Positions 12,950 through 25,607 of a DNA stretch of 64,000 bases are shown piece by piece. The position numbers were made by a program, and so were the translations under genes. Numbering within the stretch: position 1 is the first letter of the stretch; the number at the start of each line of letters is the position of its first letter. Source of the DNA: Anolis carolinensis (lineage: Eukaryota); NCBI RefSeq assembly GCF_035594765.1, contig NC_085841.1:327431402-327495401 (forward strand). Reading direction: 5' to 3'. Below the pieces are notes generated by a model. The model searched no databases, was not told where the DNA came from, and saw only the letters and a list, made by a program, of their open reading frames with translations.

Positions 12950-13480
12950 AGAACTCAACTTTAACATTTCTCACTCCATATATGACAAATGAAGAAATTT
13001 GAACATCACTTGACTTGCATGGGAAATGCAATGATCCTGTGACTGCTGCAATTCCTAGTGTTCTTTTTCTTGGGCACTGGAATATATATTGAGTATATAT
13101 TCCAATCTATGAAAGATTGCTTTATTTTCCATATTTGTAGATAAATTTTAGTGACACCTAGAGGAGATTTTGTTTCAGAACTGTGGCATCTCTATTGGTA
13201 TACCATCTGTTCCTGGCGGCTTACTTCTCTCAAGTGCTCTGAGTGCTGCTTCTACTTCACATTTTAAAAGTAGAGGTTGGTCTTCATACAGTTCTGTTAT
13301 AATGCTCACTGATTATCTATTTCTCGGTATCCTCTCCATAATATCTTTACGTCTGGCCACCAGCACTCAGTTTGTTTTGGAATACCACATTCCTCAGCAG
13401 CAGGCAGTTGAGATGAAAAGACTACTTTAAACTGAAGAAGCAGGCTAAATGTCAGCAACAGCTTCCTGGCAGTAAATTCT
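12950..13480 (-). mobile_element. Older RTE/BovB-like LINE internal fragment
   Basis: Minus-strand translation around 13190-13260 gives EVEAALRALERSKPPGTDGIPIE, the pre-RT motif of RTE elements. Confidence 0.65.
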
Positions 13481-16400
13481 ATAGAGTGTGAAGTTGTCTG
13501 TAAAGGAAGTGGTGAAATCTTTGTCACTTGGGACACTTTAGGCACACATTAGAAACCATGATAATGAGAGTAATCTTCCACAAGAAGAAGCATAATAAAC
13601 AAGAAGATTATTTCCATTTCAATCCTTTGTGACTGAGTAATAACATAAGACAATTGGAATATGTGGATAATCAGCATGATGATGGAAGCCATGTCCAGAT
13701 GAACTTCTCCTTCCAGGAGAGATCAGTGGAAGGCCTTCAGTTGTCTCTCTATGCAACATCTGGGTGTGAGAGAGTCTATAACCTCACATCACCCTCCTGA
13801 ACTTGTTGCCCCTCACTGAATTGGTACCCAAGAATATCCTGACCTTTGAGACTAAGTTGTTCTTGCTTCAATGAGTTTGTTTGTTATAAAAGAATATTCA
13901 ATCTTTATTGCCCAGAATGTTAAATTGCCTTATACTTTGCATGTAATGTATGTCTTAGTCACAGCTGGGAAGTAGCAAATTACATGTGGCTTAGCTCTCT
14001 GTAATAAGCTGTTTTTGACTTTATTCATCTCAGGAGAAATTTACTGAGGGATAAGTACATTCCTTCCCCCACAATGGGAAGGGGTCTCCACACTATTTTT
14101 TGCAGGCTATTCTCTTTTCATGTTGAAGAAAAACCTCCTTTTCTTTCTGCCTTTCATCCTTATTCTTAAAGAACTTTTTTTCTCCCTTTCTTTTAGCCCA
14201 TGAGGCTTCTTCAAAAGGCTATAAACCCTCTGGGAAAGCTCTGAGAAACACTTGAGGTGTCATTTCTGGGAATGCAAACAGGTACACCTGAAGTTGGCTT
14301 CAACCTATGGCCACCCTGTAAAGAAAAGACACTAAGGACCTCTCCACATAGAAATCACTGGTAAAAGGGAAGGCACGTGAGGTGGCTTGTGGCACCCTGC
14401 ACACCCTTCCTCCTTCACTCATCAAATGGAGGGGGCAGGAGAGGGTGCTTTGGCAACCTTTCCCTCCCCCATCAGATGGCAGAAAGGGCAGCAACACGAG
14501 TTGCCCCGCCACTCTTTCTGACATCACACAGCAAAAAGGGGAGGAAAGTGTGAGTAGCTCCATTGGCGCTACCCAAACTATACTTTCCTCTACTTTGGGA
14601 GGCATGTGGGTGAGGCCTGTCATGCATCATGTGATGGTGAAACACAGGCCCCGCCTTTGCCATGCATAAAAGTGACAAAACAGGGCAAAAATGCCCCATG
14701 TGAAGAGGTCCACTGAGATTCTGTTATTAAAGGGCTTGCTCAAGTCTTGCTAACTCAGGTTCCTTATTGAGTCCATCCAACTTTGGCGTGGTCTTCCTCT
14801 TTTTTATTATGCTTCTGCTTTACTGAGCATTATTGTCTTTCCCAATGAGTCATGTAATATGCCCAACATATAACAGCTTAAGTTTATTTCAGACGTGATC
14901 CAGTCTTGAACCCATTTATGTGTCCTTTTGGCAGTCCATGGTATACATAGACCATATCTTCAGTAACACATATCAAATGAATAAATTCTGTAGCTGTTCA
15001 TTTTCTTTGAGTCCGCAAGGTTTAGTCATTTGAGCTTTGGACTATGACTCAGGAGACCAGGGTTCAAATCCCTGCTCGTCCATGGAGGCCCACTGGGTGA
15101 CCTTCAGCAAACCACGCTCCCAGACTCAAAGGAAGGCAAGCGCTAATCTACTTTGAAGAAATGTTACATCTCCCCTCCCCCCCCCAAAAAACCCCCCAAA
15201 AAAACCCATTGTATTGTCACAATGGGATCACTGCAAGCACATAACAACAACATTTTTTTCACTGGCCAGCTTTCCCAACTATACAAACAAATCAACAGCA
15301 AGATGGTCTCAACTTGGTAGTATTCAATGATATAACTCTTAACTTTGAGGATCCTTTTCCCCAGAGTGCTTGAACTGAGCCTTGAACTGAGAGCTAGTGT
15401 AGTGTAATCATTAGAGTGCTGGACTTCCTATTGGGAAATCTGAGTTCTAGTTCTCACTCAGCCATGAAATTCATTGAGTGAACCTCCCTCAGGCTGCCTG
15501 ACCTCAGAAGGTTGTTGTCACAATAAAGTGAGGAGAAAGAGGAAAACCATCTTAAGTTCATGGAAGGAATATTCTTATAAATGTACCAAACATTTTAAGA
15601 AATATTGGGACAATTCACTCACAATTAAGAAGCTCTAAAATATTTCCAATAGAATATGAATTTGTGATTATAAATCTAATTAAGCAGTTTGTCTGCCTTT
15701 ATATTTGCCATATTTCTTCATTTAGAGAATTTTAGTTTCTGGGGAAGCTTATTTGTGTTCATATGTTTTCACATAAGACTGACTGTGGGAACATTAAGGG
15801 ATTTCTGTAGCTTTCTCTAATCATTCTCTAGAGACCAACAATTCTCATTTCCGATCTGCTTCCATTACTTGGTGGTTCTTCTTTTTTTACTTGTAGATAT
15901 TTCCTAAGGAACAGCTAACAACACATCTGCAGCCTGATCCTCCATGCATTTCAGGCAAAAGGATGTCCCACTGACTTTTCGAAGACTTAATAATATCAGA
16001 AGAGCTATTAGAAAGCAATAAGAATTGAAGCAGAGCTCTGCCTCCTCTGATCACCTTCTTCTTAATTTGTGATGCTCAGAACCTTATTCTGAGGAAAGCA
16101 GAATTAAGTAGTATTATCACCTCCCTCAATCTAGATATTCTACTCCTAATGATGCAGCCTAAAATCGCATTGATTATTAGCTGTTCATGTTTAGCTTGTG
16201 GGCTCCCTAAAATGAAGAGTTAACAATTTCAATGCAATGCAATACAATAGAGTAAATCATAATGAATCTTACCAAATTAAATTATTTTAATCAGGCTAGT
16301 TAATTAATTTCCAATATTAACATTATCAAATTATTTATGACTTATCCAATTAATGTCCTAATTTTCAAACCACAATATTCTTAAATACTGATTAGTCTTT

Positions 16401-17717
16401 TTTTTTCTAGTATATGTCCATTTTCACGTGCTTATAAAAATTGACTTTGATGTAACTTCATCAAAAATAATAATGGATCCCATTGCCAGTGAGGATGCTA
16501 ACAAATTTCACAGGGAATCCAAGGACTGCAGTAATATAAGATTACATCTTTAAGTCTGCATTTTGTCAGGAGAATATGTGAAAGAAGTTAGGTTAAGAAA
16601 CAGTCCCTGTCCCAAGGGGATGACTAGGGGTTCAAAACTGGACCTTTTAATTGCATTGGTTCTGTATTGATGTTGAATGGAGGAAAAAGACAAGCTTAAG
16701 GTGCAAAATTGACTGTAGTGGTTACTATTCTCAGCAGCAGGCAAGTAAGTGTTAAACGCCTGGAAAGAAATGCCTGTTGTTTAAATATGCAATGCAATAA
16801 GAATTTTGTTCATGTCAGTTCTCATATCCACCAAAAAAGTCAGTTGTTTGCTTGTGCTGTTACACACTAATGAAATAAACTACAATAACATTGTGATGAC
16901 AAATGTTCCCAGGGTTTGTATGCTTCTGATTATATTGATATTTATCGTTTTCTTCTTAAAGAAAATGGTAATAAAAACCGTAATGCATGAAAGAAGATAT
17001 GGAAGGCCATATTGGCAAAACATGTTCAAATCAAGTAACCCTTTGAAACCATGTCAAAAAAAGGAGATAGTATAGTTAAGACCAGTCTATCGACATTACA
17101 AGTGCTTTAAACAATAGCAAAAAGAAAAATTAGAAGTTGTCTGACAATGTGCAAGGCCAAAAAGTGTGGGGAGAGGGGAAGTTTGGAGATTGGGGGAGTT
17201 GGCAAAGCTGCAACCCCATTACAGTGAGAGGCACAATTAGGCTACAATATCGGCAAATAACACTTCAATATGTTTATTCATTGAGTTCCTGCATCTATTG
17301 TCTAGACTTCATAAGTTTTGCTGGAACAAATAAAAAGCAGTATACAACCACACAGGATGTGTGCTGGTGCAATTACATCAGACCTCAGAAAATTTACTTT
17401 TTGGGGACTTCAGCACCCAGAATTGCTCAGCCAGCATTGTAAATGAATCTGGTGTTCAAATCTAAGATACAGAGACCTTTCTCTGTGTGGTGTTTCCCAA
17501 AGTTAATTGGACCAAGGAGTAGGAGAGGGAAAGCACCGCAATAGAAAGGGACATTGATCCAAAGGATAGTGAACCGCTATGCTACTGAAAATATTTACAT
17601 TGCATATGAATGCCTATGGAGACACCATAATGGTAGGTCTCTCCATAATGGAAGATAGTTCATTATTTTGTCATGACAGTGTCAAACAAAGAAAATTTTT
17701 AAGGTTTGGCAGAAAAA

Positions 17718-18116
17718 TGTCAGCGATGTGAAGAAGCTTTTGGAGCTTGGAAGCTCTGGAACGTAGAAGAACGGACACTGGGAGATGTCAGTAAAATCAA
17801 TGCACACAGTTTTACTGTGTAGAGCAGCAAATACAGCACATACAGACTAGGCAGACAACGAAGACCATGCAAGACAGACAACTAACAACCGATGACTGAT
17901 GGCTGATAACTGGTTGCTTGTGGCTGATGCAAGAGGAAGGAACTCACTCTTATATCTGGATCCTCCCTCCTTCCAGACATTCACAGGGAGATCACAGTTC
18001 ATTACTGATTAACTCTTTCAACGTCCATACACTTCAGATGATGCAATCACTTTGCAATTCCAGGCACAGCACAAATTACATTTAAACATTGACCTTACAC
18101 AAATCTTACATTGACA
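17718..18116. mobile_element. Possible solo LTR (about 400 bp)
   Basis: TGTCA...TGACA termini, TATA-like and AGTAAA-like motifs on the minus strand; no target-site duplication found. Confidence 0.35.
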
Positions 18117-18149
18117 GCCATAGGGATATTGGCATCTATCTATCTTAAA

Positions 18150-18470
18150 GGTAGAGTGCAGAGGAGATATGATTGCCATGTTTAAATATGTGAAAGGGCG
18201 TCATAAGGAAGAGGAGAGCAGGCTTGCCTTCTGCTGCCCTGGAGACTATGGTTCAAATTACAGGAAAGGAAATTCCACCTGAACATTAGGAAGAGCTTCC
18301 TGACCATGAGAACTGTTGAACAATGGAAATCTGCTTCGGAATGTGATGGAAGCACCTTCTTTGGAGGTTTTTAAACAGAAGCTGGATGGCCATCTGTTGG
18401 GGGTGCTTTGATTGTGTTTTTCTTGCATGGCAGTGGGTTGGACTAGATGACCCATGTAGTTTCTTCCATG
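18150..18470 (+). mobile_element. CR1 3' fragment
   Basis: Homologous to 1270-1590 (GGAGATATGATTGCCATG, TTCCACCTGAACATTAGGAAG, GGTTGGACTAGATGACC). Confidence 0.85.
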
Positions 18471-18919
18471 TATCAGTGCAATATATGAGGGGGTGATAGG
18501 AGAGAAAATAGACAAGGTGCTGTAGTAAAATGGAAAAAAAACCAGATTTATTGTTTCAAAAAATCCATCTTGTATAGAAAAGAAAGATGAGGCTATACTC
18601 CAATTTATGTGAAAAAGAGGCCAAAAAAGCTAACAGGCTACTACTTTACCATTATACCGTTCACCTGGTCTACTACTATCAGCAGTGTGTGAAGCCCAGT
18701 AAGTTGCCAGAATGACCTTTTCAAGGTGACTCTTCATTCCCTTCTGCCAAATTCAAAAATTTACTAAATTACTTCAATCCAAGAACTTAGGCTACATTTT
18801 CCTACAATATTTGTTTATGCTAGTTGCCTAGTTTTCTATTTCAATTGCCTATTATTTGGTATGGCATCAATTTCCTCCTAGATGGTCATGTAGAATCTTT
18901 CAGTTTCTTCCACATGTCC

Positions 18920-19575
18920 CTATTTATTTATTTGTTTATTTATCATTCAAACTTATATGTCGCCACTCCCCTAGGGCTCGGGGCGGCTTACAAGAACAGG
19001 CTAAAATCTAACAATTTAAAAACATCTTAAAACATCTTAAAAACATCTTTTAAAAACATCAATAACAGAAATCAAAAGCCTGCAGAAACAGGTGTGTCTT
19101 ACATGCCCTGCGAAAGGCCGATAAGTCCCGTAAGGCACGAACTTCAGGTGGCAAAGTGTTCCAGAGAGATGGTGCCACTGCTGAAAAGGCTCTGCGTCTA
19201 GTTGTTGTTAGACGCAAGGTCTTAAAACTAGGGACTTACAATAGGTCTTGGTCCTCAGAACGGAGGGATCTCTGGGGTTGGTAGGGGGTGAGGCAGTCCC
19301 TCAGGTACATTGGCCCTAGACCATGTAAGGCCTTAAAGGTAAGTACCATCACTTTGAAAGTGATCCGGTGCTCAATTGGTAACCAGTGCAGCTGCAGTAA
19401 GATTGGTGTTATGTGGCATCTCATCGGGACTCCCGCAAGGAGCCGGGCAGCTGCATTTTGCACCAATTTGAGCTTCCGGATCACTGACACAGGAAGGCCA
19501 ATGTAAAGGGCGTTACAGTAGTCCAGTCTTGAGATGACCGTAGCCTGGATCACCGTAGCTAGGTCGTCCCTAGAT
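18920..19575 (-). mobile_element. L2 LINE 3' fragment
   Basis: ORF 19236-19586 (SRLDYCNALYIGLP, LVQNAAARLL, HITPILLQLHWLP) and (TAAA)n tail at about 18920-18941. Confidence 0.92.
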
Positions 19576-20552
19576 GGTGGGAACATGAACCTAAATTGCA
19601 GTTACATTAATCATTTTTCCCTGGGGTCTTACTGATATTATTTGAAGCAAAGTACATTTAAAATTCCTTTGTGGAATTCATATGTGATAATTCAGACAGA
19701 CAGCTAATGTCATCTGGAAAGGTGACAAGGGATCAAAAGCATATCTCTAGAAAGTTTCTCTATTTATGCCTTTCAGTGGGAAGCCCTGATGCTTAGACTC
19801 TGATGTTCCACGACAGTGAGGAAAATCAGTGCCAAAAGTGGGCTGGCTGAGGTGACAAGATGTAAATTGAGGTGGTGATTAGAACTGACAATTTCTGGAA
19901 TAAAATCTGTTATTGTGTTATTATTGGGTTCTATGATATTTGTGTAGTTAAACATTTCAGCAGGCAGACTACTGTATGAATAAAATAGAACTATAATGTA
20001 GACAGAGGAAAACTATTTTCTAATTAATATTCTTTGAGTTGAAGCCATCTGTGTAGATAAGAATATAACAGAAGATAAAATTTTTGTGCAAATTTTTTCA
20101 TTTCAAAACAAAGTTATTTTTGCTAATTTGATTTTACAATTCTTCTCTGTCAGCATATCCAGCTATGGAGTCTAATCATGCTGCATATACTGGGGGGGGG
20201 GGGGGCATCCCATATGTGCAGCATAATTAGAGATCCTAAAGGAAAGGGATGCTATCAAATAGAATTTCTGGTCCATGGCATTCAATTTCTCTCTTTTGCT
20301 CGCTCGTTCTCATCACCATTTAAATTGTGTTTATGTGAGAGTTTCAACTGAGTAGATCCACAATTATGAACACCCATTTGAGTGGCAGAAGAGTCAGTCA
20401 AATTTCACTTTGATCATCTTCTATAGATCATCTATATTTTTAAAGCGGAAAGGATAGAAAATGTGGTGCCCTGACGCAAGTATCAGAATACCAGAATTGA
20501 GATTAGTGAAGAAACCTGGCTCTGCACCCACAAGAAGCAGTGCTGATTAATA

Positions 20553-20933
20553 ATAAATTATGCCTATGCAAATATTCCAAAATCCAAAAAACCCCACAAA
20601 AATGTGTGGTCCTGGGCAATTAAAGATGATAATGCCTATGCAAATATTCCAAAATCTGAGAAAACCCCAAACTTTTGCCATGCTGGCTAACAGATGATGA
20701 TGATGATGATGATGATGTCTATGCAAATATTCAAAAATCTGGGGGGGAAAAACCAAACATTTGCCATACCGGGTAACAAATAAACAACAACAACAACAAC
20801 AACATCTATGCAAATATTCCAAAATCTGAGAAAATCCCCAAAATGTGTTGTCCTAGATAACAAATTATGACAATGTCTATACATATATTCCAAAATATGA
20901 GAAAATCCCAAACATCTGTAGTCCTTGGTGACA

Positions 20934-20935
<2 letters not shown>
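20553..20935 (+). repeat. Five-unit tandem array (about 70-87 bp units) with trinucleotide microsatellite spacers
   Basis: Core CTATGCAAATATTCCAAAATC at about 20564, 20636, 20719, 20806 and 20877 (degenerate). Confidence 0.85.

Positions 20936-20980
<45 letters not shown>
20934..20980. repeat. (TTA)n microsatellite
   Basis: Direct inspection. Confidence 0.97.
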
Positions 20981-20982
<2 letters not shown>

Positions 20983-21335
20983 CAACATTTGTAAAAGGTT
21001 CTGTTCCTGGTTTAAAAGTGTTATTTCCTATTTAATTGTGAGGTACCTACTTTGAAAGTAGTTGTTATACTCCAGAAACTTTATTTTTTAAATCCTTCTA
21101 TTACTTAAACTCAAAAAATTGTAATTTTCCTTAATGAAAACATATGAAAAACAAGTTTTTGCAGTTCAATAAACTTTTCCCATGTTTTAATGATAAAATC
21201 AATTAGGAAAAAGCATTTATAACCCAGGAACAAATATCGTGTTACATAGTGCTATTATTTTAAAAAGGTAGATTATTAAGGGACAACAAACCATCAGATA
21301 GAGAGTGGAAAGTTGTAGTTTTTAAATACCTGTTT

Positions 21336-21660
21336 GGAGCCCCCAATGGTGCAGCGGGTTAAACCACTGAGCCGCTGAATGAAAGGTCGGCAGTTTGAAT
21401 CCAGGGAGCTGGGGTGAGCTCCCACTGTTAGCCCCAGCTTCTGCTAACCTAGCAGTTTGAAAGCATACAAATGTGAGTAGATCAATAGGTACCACTCCAG
21501 CGGAAAGGTAATGTCGCTCCATGCAGTCATGCCAGCCACGTGACCTTGGAGATGTCTACGAACAATGCTGGCTCTTCGGCTTAGAAATGGAGATGAGCAC
21601 CAAACCCTCAGAGTTGGATATGACAAAACTTAATGTCGGGAAAACTTTTACCTTTACCTT
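21336..21660 (+). mobile_element. Sauria SINE
   Basis: tRNA-like head GGAGCCCC..GGTGCAGCGGGTTAAA, core GAAATGGAGATGAGCACC, (ACCTTT)n tail. Confidence 0.92.
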
Positions 21661-23802
21661 ACATAACACAGCCCCTTATTTAACCTCAGGTTTAACGCAG
21701 TATATTGCCTACCTTCTTTTCTGAATCAGGTAAGTCATAACAAGAAGAGACCAAAAACCAAAGATGAAGCCAAAACACAGAGAAAGGTAAATCCAAAAAC
21801 CAAAGCCAAATCATAATGCAAAAACTGAGAAAGCTCGCTAAGTTCCTAATGATGTTATTGTGGTGGGTGAATGTTTAGGCTGGAAGCAAACAGGTAATCC
21901 GTGCAGAAGATGGGAATGGCTATTGCCACATATTACTACTAATAGAAGATTTCCAAGAGATACACTGCAGGTAGAGATAACATATCTGTGCATCAAAACG
22001 ACCACAAAAACACATGAGACCTGAGCACTTTGGGGATATGTCAGCATAAGGAGGCATTTTCCTTAGGCTGTACACATGGGCACATCAACTTTGACATTGC
22101 TATATTGTTGCAAACCCATTTCTTTCAGAATCCCACAAAGTTGTGCACCACAAGCAAAAAAGAGAAGAATCCCAAAACAAGTCTACTATTGGCGGCGTCC
22201 TTTAGACACAAATGCCCACAAGGACTGATGACAGGAGCAGTCCAGCCAAATCCTTACTCAGACATGTGTTTGTTATTATATTTCCATTGCTCCTTTTTCT
22301 TTCCAAGGACCCCAAGGAGGTTTACAAATACTGTTCTTCCTCCTCATTTTACCCTTTCAACAACTCTGTGTCGAAGTTAGGTTAAGAACCAAAGACTGGC
22401 CCAAAATCAGCTAGTGAGCTTCACGGCTGGTTGGGGACTTGAACCTGGATTACTTGAGTCCCTGCCCAAGACTTTGGCACAACACTGACTGCAAGGAAGG
22501 GGCCTCAACGGCACATTCTTCCCTGGACCTCTCAGTGTCTTGTAAAGGTCCTGCGTAAGATGAAACAAGTTGGATAGGAAAACGGTCTCACCTGTTAAGT
22601 TTCAGTTCAATATTATTCAGAGCATATCCTGTAGGAACACCTGCAGTCGTAAATAACGTTTCAGCTGCTACAAAAACAACTAGATAGTATAAACTGAACA
22701 AAAACATATCATACATGTGTTATTTCAGGCCCACATACTTCTACAAAAATGCTATAAGTGTCAAAGATTTTACTTGCAAGGTAAAATAAGCAAATTCTGG
22801 CAGTAACATAAACTGTTCAAATAATCACTCGGGGCTACGCTCTTGTTGCTCCAGTTGATACCACTGGAAGATTTTAACAAATGCCCAACTCTAAAAACGC
22901 ATGCCACTTCACAAATATGCACTGCATTAATCATACATATTGTTGGCATTCAAAACATTTCTAAAATATTCAGTCTTTTAGGTTATCTTACTTATGATCT
23001 GACATTGCTTTTGGAGTCATGCTCTCGTTATGTGAAACTTTTTTTAAAAAGTGATACATTTCAAAGTCACAAGAACATATCCTTCTAATAAAAAGGAACA
23101 TGTTCTCATTTTTAAAGTTAAGAATTAATATGTACAGTGAGAGTCTACAGCTGTAAAGAATTTTCTTTTCAAAAAACAGATTAAATTTATCCCAGAGCAC
23201 TATGAAATCAAAGTGTGTCAAGCATGATTCACAAAACAGTAAAGCTGGAGTAACCATACTTGGCCCCACTGGAATCAAGGGATACACAATATCCATAAAC
23301 TGTAGCTGGATCCAGTCCCTCAGCCCACTCCTATGCATGCTTGTTATATCATTGATGTCAATGTCATCACAACTAATACTGGGGGGGGGGGGGGGGAGAG
23401 AGAGAAATACTTTTAACATGTTTCCTGGTTTTGTCATGCAATTACATCTCCTTCAAAAAAAAATCCTGAATACTACACAAAACAATGATATTCACATTGG
23501 GTATCCACAAACAGGATGACAACCTTGCTAGGCAAAAAAAAAATACAATTAGGGAGAAATATACCAAACCCAAAACCAAAGCTATAATATAAAATAAAAT
23601 AATGGCAACTACATAAACAGCAGCAACATAAAATCTGTGGGGATGTGACTACATTTAATCTATCTTCTATATTGTTACTGCTTGTTTAAAAAAAGAAAAA
23701 AGATTGTGAAAAGGCTTAATATAATTTTCTCTCCCAGAAGCTCGACTACCTTGATAACAAAGAACATGGACTATTTTAGTTGCATCTCTTAAATTATAAA
23801 TG

Positions 23803-24125
23803 CAGTAGAGTCTCACTTATCCAAGCTAAAAGGGCCGGCAGAAGCTTGGATAAGCGAATATCTTGGATAATAAGGAGAGATTAAGGAAAAGCCTATTAAA
23901 CATCAAATTAGGTTATGATTTTAGAAATTAAGCACCAAAACATCATGTTTTACAACAAATTTGACAGAAAAAGCAGTTCAATACACAGTAATGTTATGTT
24001 GTAATTACTGTATTTATGAATTTAGCACCAAAATATCACGATATATTGAAAACATTGACTACAAAAATGGCTTGGATTATCCAGAGGCTTGGATAAGCAA
24101 GGCTTGGATAAGTGAGACTCTACTG
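23803..24125 (+). mobile_element. Tc1/mariner-pogo (Tigger-like) MITE, 323 bp
   Basis: TIR CAGTAGAGTCTCACTTATCCAAGC...TTGGATAAGTGAGACTCTACTG, TA on the right flank. Confidence 0.9.
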
Positions 24126-24844
24126 TACTGCAATTTTATGAATCATGTACAACTCATTATAACTTTATAACACAGTATAAGAGCTATATGTAAAATTAGC
24201 AGCTAATAAAGATACTAAATCCCATTTTAGCACGAAATCTGTTCATGTTTAAATCCTGTTTATTAGCAAAAGCTTGAAGTACAACCCACATAGTTCTATT
24301 AGGCAGCAGCAAAGCAGAATACAAACTGTGTTATTGATGAGCCAAAGACATTACAAACTGTTATGGATTCTAAAGATGACCTTTTAAAGAACTTGAATCC
24401 CTTCTATTAATTGTTGAGCCAGGTGCAGAGCTGGAGAATTCATAGCATTGGATATATTGTCTGTGAGTAAAAGCCTCTCTTCAAACAATACATATGTTTA
24501 AAACCTGTTTACATTAACACATAACGTTTGCAAACTGGAAAAAAAAATCTGAGCACAACTAGTGTCTGGCACTGATATCTTACCCAGAAAATCACATAAT
24601 TTCTAATTCTTATCCCTACATGAAGAAGCTTAATTTGACAGGATTGTTTGTGCCTATTTTATCATGTTTTGGGGACAAATGTAGCCAATGAACCTCATGT
24701 GGTCCCTCAGAACTCTTTATGTGCTTCCCTTGGTTGAAAAATGATCCCAAGTGCCCCCAAATACTTTCTAAAGAAAGTGAGGAGATAATTGTCTGTGTAT
24801 TTGCACCAAACAGGACATTTTAGGCCAGGATTACACAGATAGGT

Positions 24845-24905
<61 letters not shown>
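24845..24905. repeat. (GATA)n microsatellite
   Basis: Direct inspection. Confidence 0.97.
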
Positions 24906-25284
24906 TGAATTGATTCCAATGTGACTTCCTAAAATTGTATGGGGTGGTGAAAAATTCAATTTAAGAAGCAGTGTCCTGGAGTAGAAGGATATTTGAGGCC
25001 ACGATTTTGCAATGCTTGTGAGGAGGTGGAGGTCTCTTATAGAGTCATCATAAGTAAATGTCAACTTGATTGCAACTAACATCAAAGCAATCCTCCATGG
25101 TTTTGGGAGGGAGGCAAAGCATTCTGCCCAACTCCTGCCATTTTGCCACCCAGTAAGTTCATTTTCAGACATGGAATTATTTTATTTTTAATGATTAAAG
25201 TGGTCACACCTCAACCTGTATTAAGATCTCAGGGTGGCTTGTAACATCCCTATAGTGGGAAAAATGTGGGATAAAAATTAAGTA

Positions 25285-25607
25285 CAGTAGAGTCTCACTT
25301 ATCCAACACTCACTTATCCAACGTTCTGGATTATCCAACACATTTTTGTAGTCAGTGTTTTCAAAACACCGTGATATTTTGGTGCTAAATTCGTAAATAC
25401 AGTAATTACTACATAGCATTAATGTGTAATGAACTACTTTTTCTGTCAAATTTGTTGTATAACATGATGTTTTGGTGCTTAATTTGTAAAATCATAACCT
25501 ATTTTGATGTTTAATAGGCGTTTTCTTAATCTCTCCTTATTATCCAACATATTCGCTTATCCAACGTTCTGCCGGCCCGTTTATGTTGGATAAGTGAGAC
25601 TCTACTG
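25285..25607 (-). mobile_element. Tc1/mariner-pogo MITE, same family as 23803, opposite orientation
   Basis: Same TIRs, TA target-site duplication on both sides, 323 bp. Confidence 0.92.

Noticed and set aside
20553-20935. CRISPR-like repeat/spacer look
   Set aside because: Eukaryotic DNA, degenerate repeats, spacers related to each other and microsatellite-based, no cas genes
22988-23437. 149-aa minus-strand ORF inside the SLC25A21 intron
   Set aside because: No similarity to carrier proteins, no convincing donor, crosses a poly-G tract; probably chance
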